From: an uncultured Clostridia bacterium
GTDB lineage: Bacteria > Bacillota > Clostridia > Oscillospirales > Acutalibacteraceae
Assembly (NCBI GenBank): GCA_944376265.1
Contig: CALWCD010000002.1
Coordinates: 899-64,898, forward strand
DNA length: 64,000 bases
Reading direction: 5' to 3'
The stretch's first letter is position 1, and every line of letters begins with the position of its first letter. Below, one piece after another: positions 58,258 through 64,000 of this stretch. A program made the position numbers and the translations under genes. The notes under the pieces are model-generated. The model was given only the letters and a program-made list of their open reading frames with translations, did no database searches and was not told the DNA's origin.

Positions 58258-59148
58258 TCAGTCGGACCGGAAGCCCTTGCCGATGATCTCGCTGGTATTG
58301 GTGATGAACATGAAGGAATGGGGATCGATCTCCTTGCACTTCTGCCGCAGCCGCACCGCTTCTCCCCGGCGCACGGCGGTGAGAACCACCTTCCGCTCCG
58401 TGTGAGAATAGGCGCCTTCTCCGTCCACCACCGTGGAGCTGTGGTTCAGCTCGTGGATGATGAAATCGCAGATCTCCTTGGGCTTGGAGGTGACAATGGA
58501 GAAGAATTTGCACAGGTTGATGCTTTCAATGACCGAGTCCACCACAAAGGCTTTCAGGAACAGGCCCAAAATGGAGAACATGCCGGTTTCAATGCCGAAG
58601 AAGAACACGGAGGCCAGCGCGATAATGCTGTCACTGACAAACAGCGCTTTGCCGATATCCGAAATGCTGGTGTACTTTTTCAAGATCATGGCCACAATGT
58701 CCGTGCCGCCGCTGGAGGCGTTGTAGTTGAACATCAGCGCCGAACCCACCGCGGGGAGCATCATGGCAAAGCAGAGTTCCAGCAGAGGCTGGTTGGTGAA
58801 GGGCCCGTCCATGGGAAACAGCGTTTCCAGCACCCAGGTCTCAAAGGAATACATCAGCGTGCAGTAGGTGGTCCAAAACCCGAACTGCCTGCCCAGAAAC
58901 AGGTAACCAATCACCAGGAGCAGAATGTTGATAATGGCCATCAGGGTGGCGGTGGAGAGAAAGGGAGTCAAGCTCCCCAAGATGATGGAAATACCGCTGA
59001 CGCCGCCGGTGGAGAAATTGTTGGGCAGCTTGAAGAAATAAACCCCGGTGGTGAGAAGCAGCACTCCCAGGTTGACCCACAGAAATGCTTTCACGTTCTC
59101 TTTGGTGAATACAGAAGCAAAGCTGTGCTGTTTGTTTTCGCTTGCCAT
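58258..59148 (-). CDS. YitT family membrane protein (DUF161 x2 + DUF2179)
   Basis: STGGVSG, SSGGTDI, TM helices, C-terminal GEGAYS..IDPHSF. Confidence 0.9.
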   Translation of the reverse strand: MASENKQHSFASVFTKENVKAFLWVNLGVLLLTTGVYFFKLPNNFSTGGVSGISIILGSLTPFLSTATLMAIINILLLVIGYLFLGRQFGFWTTYCTLMYSFETWVLETLFPMDGPFTNQPLLELCFAMMLPAVGSALMFNYNASSGGTDIVAMILKKYTSISDIGKALFVSDSIIALASVFFFGIETGMFSILGLFLKAFVVDSVIESINLCKFFSIVTSKPKEICDFIIHELNHSSTVVDGEGAYSHTERKVVLTAVRRGEAVRLRQKCKEIDPHSFMFITNTSEIIGKGFRSD

Positions 59149-59240
59149 GTTCTATCCCTCAATTTTCATTTTTCTGGAAAAGCCGGACTGTCTCTGCCAC
59201 GCGGACAGGCAGGTTTCGCGTCTTTTCCCAAACCGTTGAG

Positions 59241-59269
59241 ATTTTACCACAACAAGGGAGAATTTACAA
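59241..59269 (-). promoter_or_regulatory. sigmaA-type promoter for yitT
   Basis: TTGTAA-N17-TAAAAT with TG extension. Confidence 0.65.
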
Positions 59270-59329
59270 CCATTTTTGTAAAAAAAGTGCCCCCGATTTC
59301 CTCGGAGGCGCTTTAGCGTGCTATCTCAT

Positions 59330-60172
59330 TCACTGGGTGTATTTCTGGAGAAAACGGATTGCCAGGGCAATGTCCCCCGCGGGATCCTCTCCCACCTCCC
59401 GTTCAATGGTGAGGAAGCCACGATAGCCGATCTCATCCAGCGCTTTCAGGTAGTTGGGAAAGTCCACGTCTCCCTGGCCTAAAGGCAGCTCGATATAGGA
59501 GCTGTCCTGGAGCATGTCGGATTCCACCATGCCGTAGAGCACTTCCGGGTCCACATAATGGAGGCGGCGTCCGTCCTTGGCGTGGGTATGGACAATATAG
59601 TCCTTCAGGGTGTACACAGCCTGCACCGGGTCGTCCCCTGTGACCATGACAAAGTTGGCGGGATCCAGGTTCACCGCCACACCGGTGGAGTGAAGGCCGT
59701 CCAAAAAGCCCTTCAGCGTGGCGGCAGGTTCCGGGCCTGTCTCAATGGCAAAATGGGCCTGGAGGGAATCCGCGTAGGCTGCCAGGTTGCCGCAGGCCTC
59801 CTGCATCACAGCGTATCGGGGATGAGTCTTCTCCCCCGGCACTACGCCGATATGGGTGGTGACCACATCGGTTTCCAGGTCCTTCGCCAGGTCCAGAATC
59901 CGCTTGGATTCCTCCAGCAGCTGCGGGTTCTGTTCCGGGTCGCCAAAGCCGTGGCCCAGATCCCCGCACAGGGCGGAGATCACCAGCCCGTGGTCTTTCA
60001 CCGCCTTGAGGAACTCACGACGGCGCTGGGGGGTCATCTCCTTGGGGGACATTCCCCCCCGGGTTGCGTACACCTGAATGCCCCGGGCTCCCAGCTCCTG
60101 GGCTTTCTCCAATGCGGTGTTCACGTCGGTGCGGAAGGAATCCAGCATGACTCCAATAGAAAAGGGATACAT
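59330..60172 (-). CDS. Sugar phosphate isomerase/epimerase (xylose isomerase-like TIM barrel)
   Basis: AIETGPE, NLDPANF, HTHAKD, LTIERE metal-binding pattern. Confidence 0.88.
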   Translation of the reverse strand: MYPFSIGVMLDSFRTDVNTALEKAQELGARGIQVYATRGGMSPKEMTPQRRREFLKAVKDHGLVISALCGDLGHGFGDPEQNPQLLEESKRILDLAKDLETDVVTTHIGVVPGEKTHPRYAVMQEACGNLAAYADSLQAHFAIETGPEPAATLKGFLDGLHSTGVAVNLDPANFVMVTGDDPVQAVYTLKDYIVHTHAKDGRRLHYVDPEVLYGMVESDMLQDSSYIELPLGQGDVDFPNYLKALDEIGYRGFLTIEREVGEDPAGDIALAIRFLQKYTQ

Positions 60173-60192
60173 AACAACTCGCTCCTTTCAAT

Positions 60193-60612
60193 CTAACACT
60201 GATGTCGAGAAACAAAGTCCAACAGCGCGCGCCGAATAGGTGGACTTAGATTATCTGGAATACTATTCATATCAAACCATTGCAGGGCATCTACTTCAGT
60301 TTCTTGACGTTTCAATTCTCCTGAAAAATCATTGCTGAAAAAAACGACGTCAATAATATATGCTTCATTTCCATCAGGGTATTTATGATAGAGATCTGGG
60401 CCTGAATACACTCCAAAGAGATTCATGGAATGGACAGTCAGTCCTGTTTCTTCATGTACTTCCCTCCGTGCTGCATCTTCCACTATTTCGCCCAATTCCA
60501 CACGGCCGCCAGGATACCCCCAGCATTTATTATCATTTCTTTGTTGAAGCAGGACTTGAGAGTCTTTGTAAAGAATGACACTTGCGCCAGTCAGCTGAAA
60601 TTTTTTACTCAT
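60193..60612 (-). CDS. NUDIX hydrolase, low GC
   Basis: Complete Nudix box GRVELGEIVEDAARREVHEETGL; about 41 percent GC by hand count of 360 bases. Confidence 0.92.
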   Translation of the reverse strand: MSKKFQLTGASVILYKDSQVLLQQRNDNKCWGYPGGRVELGEIVEDAARREVHEETGLTVHSMNLFGVYSGPDLYHKYPDGNEAYIIDVVFFSNDFSGELKRQETEVDALQWFDMNSIPDNLSPPIRRALLDFVSRHQC

Positions 60613-60636
60613 AAATCAATATCTCCGTAACAGTAA

Positions 60637-61692
60637 TTACTCCAGCGCGATCTCACGGTGCTGCTGGGCGGAATCGTAAATGGCCTGCATCATCTTGGCG
60701 GTGACAATCACCGTGTCAATGTGGGAGGGCAGCTTCTTCCTTGTCTTGATGCAGTCTATAAAGGCGTCGATCTCTGTCTGGAACATGTCTCTGGTGCGGA
60801 ACTTGGGGGTGTAGTCCATGAGGGCTCCGTTTTCCGTGGTGTACAAGGTGAAGTCCTCCCCGTAGCGCAGACGGATGCCTCCCTTGTCCCCCATGAAATC
60901 GATGTAGCGCTCTTCCTCCCCGATGTTCTGGGCCCAGGCGCCGTTCAGGGTGATCACAGGCCCGGAGGTGCGCACCATGCCGGTGACAGAGTCGTCCACG
61001 TCGTACACGCCGTCATAGTCCATGGTCTGGGAAGCCCACATGTCCGTGTAGACATAGTTTTTCATGTCCTTGCCCAGCTTGCAGAAGGTTTCACCGGTGA
61101 CGGTTTTGATGGCAGGGTCACCGCAGCAGTACATAACGATGTCCAGATAGTGGACGCCCCAGTCGATGAGGGCGCCGCCGCCGGCGATCTCCTTGGTGGT
61201 GAAGGCTCCCCCCAGGCCGGGGATGGACCGGTGAGCCCGGAAACTGACGTACACGTGATGGACGGTCCCCAGCTTGCCCTGGTCGATGTACTCCTTGATC
61301 CGGTTGACGGCGTCGTTGAACCGGTTGACCACGCCGATGTTCAGGACTTTCCCTGTCTCGTGCTGGACCTTCTGCATCTCCAGGGCTTCCTGGTAGGTGC
61401 GTGCGGCGGGTTTTTCGCAGAGAACGTTTTTCCCTGCCCGAAGAGCGTCCATGGCGATCTGGGGGTGGACGTTATTGGGGGTGCAGACGGAAACGGCCTC
61501 CACCTCCGGGTCTGCCAGGACCTGGCGATAGTCCGTCACGGCAATGCCGCAGCCGTACTGCTCCACGGCTGCCTGGGCCCGCTCCGGGATGATATCGCAG
61601 AAATACTGGATCTCCGCCTCCGGGTTCTTCATATAGGAGGGGATGTGGGCGGCGTTGGCAATGGTGCCGCAGCCGATAACGGCAACTTTCAT
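60637..61692 (-). CDS. Gfo/Idh/MocA family oxidoreductase
   Basis: IGCGTIA Rossmann, VCTPNNVH, LCEKP, GGGALIDWGVH. Confidence 0.92.
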   Translation of the reverse strand: MKVAVIGCGTIANAAHIPSYMKNPEAEIQYFCDIIPERAQAAVEQYGCGIAVTDYRQVLADPEVEAVSVCTPNNVHPQIAMDALRAGKNVLCEKPAARTYQEALEMQKVQHETGKVLNIGVVNRFNDAVNRIKEYIDQGKLGTVHHVYVSFRAHRSIPGLGGAFTTKEIAGGGALIDWGVHYLDIVMYCCGDPAIKTVTGETFCKLGKDMKNYVYTDMWASQTMDYDGVYDVDDSVTGMVRTSGPVITLNGAWAQNIGEEERYIDFMGDKGGIRLRYGEDFTLYTTENGALMDYTPKFRTRDMFQTEIDAFIDCIKTRKKLPSHIDTVIVTAKMMQAIYDSAQQHREIALE

Positions 61693-61753
61693 GGTTCAAA
61701 ACACTCCCTTTTTCGGTTTGCCGCGACCCGGCAAACTCCCAATTCTAGGGTGA

Positions 61754-61782
61754 TTATACCCCAGCCCGCTCCTCTTTGTAAA
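61754..61782 (-). promoter_or_regulatory. sigmaA promoter for oxidoreductase run
   Basis: TTTACA-N17-TATAAT. Confidence 0.7.
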
Positions 61783-61841
61783 GCAAGAATCCCGAAAAAA
61801 GCCGGGACCGCTGGAACCTGGAAGTTCTTTCAGGGCCTTGG

Positions 61842-61870
61842 TTTACACCGGAGGAATGTCGTGGTATAAT
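61842..61870 (+). promoter_or_regulatory. sigmaA promoter for nitroreductase
   Basis: TTTACA-N17-TATAAT with TG extension. Confidence 0.7.
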
Positions 61871-61936
61871 AATTCCCAACACGTTCCGCTGTCCCTGCCG
61901 GGCCAGACGGACCCAGGATATTGGAGGAGGATTGCC

Positions 61937-62647
61937 ATGAACGAAACATTGGAAGTTTTGATGAAGCGGAAGTCCGTGCGGGTGTTCGAGCAAAAGCCCA
62001 TTGGGGCCGAGGAAAAACAGGCCATTCTGGCTGCCGCCATGCGTGCTCCCACCGCGGGAAATTCCATGCTCTATTCCATTTTGGATGTGACCGACCAGGC
62101 CCTGAAGGACAAGCTGGCCGTCACCTGCGACCACCAGCCCTTTATTGCCACCGCTCCCATGGTGCTGGTCTTTCTGGCCGACTACCGCCGGTGGGTGCGG
62201 AAGTTCCACCAGGCCGGGTGTGAAAGTGTGCCGGAGCCCCGGCTCAGCGACCTGATCCTGGCCACCAACGACACGGTCATCGCCGCCCACGCCGCCTGTG
62301 TTGCCGCGGAAAGCCTGGGCATCGGTTCCTGCTACATCGGGGACATTATCGAGCAGTGGGAGCAGCACCAGGAGATGTTCCACCTGCCCAAGTATGTGGC
62401 CCCTGTGTCCATGCTGGTGTTCGGTTACCCCACCCAGCAGCAGAAAGACCGTCCTCAGACCAGCCGGTTCCCCCAGAAGATGATCGTCTTCGAAAACCAG
62501 TACCACGATCTCACCGACGAGGAACTTCAGGAATATTACAGCGACGACCGGGCCAAGGCCTTCTACAACCGGAAATACGTTTCCGCGTTCGCCCAGGAGA
62601 TGGTCCGCTCCGCCGAGGAGATCCTGAAAAACTGGGAAGGAAAATAA
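61937..62647 (+). CDS. Nitroreductase family flavoprotein (NfrA-like)
   Basis: RKSVR, APTAGNSM.YS, AAESLGIGSCYIG, FGYP; SD GGAGGAGG. Confidence 0.9.
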   Translation: MNETLEVLMKRKSVRVFEQKPIGAEEKQAILAAAMRAPTAGNSMLYSILDVTDQALKDKLAVTCDHQPFIATAPMVLVFLADYRRWVRKFHQAGCESVPEPRLSDLILATNDTVIAAHAACVAAESLGIGSCYIGDIIEQWEQHQEMFHLPKYVAPVSMLVFGYPTQQQKDRPQTSRFPQKMIVFENQYHDLTDEELQEYYSDDRAKAFYNRKYVSAFAQEMVRSAEEILKNWEGK

Positions 62648-62674
62648 GCTTCTCTCCCTCAAAGAAACTGCATG

Positions 62675-62711
62675 AAAAATCCCCCGGAGGAAATTCCTCC
62701 AGGGGATTTTT
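62675..62711. terminator. Bidirectional terminator (nitroreductase / rnpB)
   Basis: AAAAATCCCC..GGAGG AAATT CCTCC..GGGGATTTTT. Confidence 0.8.
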
Positions 62712-62737
62712 TGCGGTGTTCCCGCGGATTTTCAAGC

Positions 62738-63088
62738 ATGTGACCAGGCCTATAAGCCGAGTTCTGTCGTGGACAGTCATCTATCTTGGCCTGACGTTGC
62801 CGTCAGGCTCGCGCCACCTCCTCGGAACGCGCAGGGCTACGCTTTTATGTTCCTCCACGGTGTTGCTCCGAATAGGGTTTACAGGGCCGCGTGGTCTCCC
62901 ACGCGCCGGTGAGCTCTTACCTCGCCTTTCCACCCTTACCGGGAAATCCCGGCGGTATCTCTCTGTTGCACTTTCCCTGGGGTCGCCCCCGGCGGCGGTT
63001 AGCCGTTATTCTTGCCCTGGGGAGCTCGGACTTTCCTCAGACGAGGGGTTTCCCCCTTCGCCCGCGACCATCCAGCCTGCTCACATGT
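62738..63088 (-). ncRNA. rnpB: RNase P RNA (type A)
   Basis: GAGGAAAGTCCGAGCTC, GAAAGTGCAACAGA, GGTAAGAG, TAAACCCTA..GGAGCAA, ACAGAACTCGGCTTA; P1 pairing CATGTGA..CAGGC / GCCTG..TCACATG. Confidence 0.97.
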
Positions 63089-63093
63089 TCTCT

Positions 63094-63123
63094 ATTGTAG
63101 TAGGGCAGGCGCGCCCTTGTCAA
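63094..63123 (-). promoter_or_regulatory. sigmaA promoter of rnpB
   Basis: TTGACA-N18-TACAAT; the TGA of -35 is the pncB stop codon. Confidence 0.75.
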
Positions 63124-64000
63124 TAGGCTTTTTCCGAAAGCATCCGGTTCTTTTCGTCCCACAGCTTCTGGGAAAGGTCCACGTAGTAGTTGTGGGGATT
63201 CTCAAACCGGGTGACCTCTTCCCAGAGGGAATCCACCTGGGCCAGGCAGTACGCTTTGATAGCTTTCAGCGCCCGGGGGGTGTACACGCATTCCCCGTTT
63301 TTGAAAATGGGCTGGAGCAGGGGCACTGCCGTGAAGTTCTCCACGGTCTTGCGTTTCCAGGTGTGGTCCGGGTCGAACAGCACGTAGGGCTTCTCGTCGT
63401 CGATCACCTCGTCGTGGAGGGTGATCACGTCGGCAATGGCCTTGTCCGTCTCCTTATCGAAAAGCCGCCACACGCTCTTGAAGCAAGGCGTGGTGATCTT
63501 TGCCACGTTCTCGCTGATCTTGATCTTGGGGATAATGGCGCCGTCCTTGTCCTCTACGGCGACCAGCTTGTATACACCGCCGAACACAGGCTCCGAGGAG
63601 GAGGTGATCAGCCGCTCGCCCACGCCGAAGGAGTCCACCTTGGCCCCCTGCATCAGCATGTCCCGGATGATGTACTCGTCCAAGGAGTTGGAGGCGCAGA
63701 TGGGACAGTCCTCAAAGCCGGCGTCGTCCAGCATTTTCCTGGCTTTCCGGGAAAGGTAGGTGATGTCGCCGCTGTCGATGCGGATGCCCGCGGGACGGAA
63801 TCCCTGGGGAACCAGCACCTCGTTAAACACCTTGATGGCGTTGGGCACGCCGGATTTCAGCACGTTGTAGGTGTCCACCAGCAGCACGCAGTTGCCGGGA
63901 TAGGCTTCCGCGTAGGCTTTGAAGGCGTCGTACTCCGTGGGGAACAGCTGGACCCAGCTGTGGGCCATGGTTCCCAGGGCAGGCACCCCGTATTTCTGGT
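63120..64000 (-). CDS. pncB: Nicotinate phosphoribosyltransferase, C-terminal part (runs off window end)
   Basis: GTMAHSW, LVDTY, GIRIDSGD, ASNSLDE, FGVGERL, GGVYKLV, KISEN..K.TTP. Confidence 0.95.
   Translation of the reverse strand, partial: QKYGVPALGTMAHSWVQLFPTEYDAFKAYAEAYPGNCVLLVDTYNVLKSGVPNAIKVFNEVLVPQGFRPAGIRIDSGDITYLSRKARKMLDDAGFEDCPICASNSLDEYIIRDMLMQGAKVDSFGVGERLITSSSEPVFGGVYKLVAVEDKDGAIIPKIKISENVAKITTPCFKSVWRLFDKETDKAIADVITLHDEVIDDEKPYVLFDPDHTWKRKTVENFTAVPLLQPIFKNGECVYTPRALKAIKAYCLAQVDSLWEEVTRFENPHNYYVDLSQKLWDEKNRMLSEKAY

Noticed and set aside
1-64000. CRISPR arrays, tRNA/rRNA genes, transposases, integrases, reverse transcriptases, phage or defence genes
   Set aside because: No regularly spaced repeats, cloverleafs or matching protein motifs were seen; coding density is near-complete with recognisable housekeeping genes. 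Manual reading could miss very short or degenerate elements.

Overview
Housekeeping chromosomal segment of a high-GC, probably spore-forming Clostridia-class firmicute (Oscillospiraceae/Acutalibacter-like; taxonomy is inference from gene content). About 62 CDS, most on the minus strand. Main blocks: tig-clpP-clpX-lon; rplS-lepB-lepB-rbgA-rnhB-yraN-dipeptidase-thrC-phosphoesterase; a B12/radical-SAM pair plus queA; a lysine-riboswitch-led asd-dapA-dapB-ACT operon; T-box-led tyrS; a 9-gene run M16-M16-lgt-folD-dxs-tlyA-nadK-argR-recN; fhs-tsaE-tsaB-rpiB-upp; rodA; tepA-uppP-ftsK-MBL-DUF3006-ATP-grasp; AEC transporter-aconitase-icd-rex; ctsR-mcsA-mcsB-clpC; an ABC exporter pair, TSCPD protein, HD hydrolase, YitT, an oxidoreductase/TIM-barrel pair interrupted by a low-GC NUDIX gene; nitroreductase; RNase P RNA; pncB. 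No CRISPR array, tRNA, rRNA, transposase, integrase or phage gene was seen. I found no clearly new multi-gene system. The best leads are: a free-standing aspartokinase beta-subunit-like gene under lysine control, a compact pseudoknot-like 5' leader plus operator in front of yitT, a 42-aa Cys/Gly peptide behind a consensus sigmaK promoter, an orphan sugar-transfer-type ATP-grasp ligase, and a precisely gene-sized low-GC NUDIX insertion. Start codons were re-picked by eye using Shine-Dalgarno sites. All family assignments come from motif recognition, not database searches.
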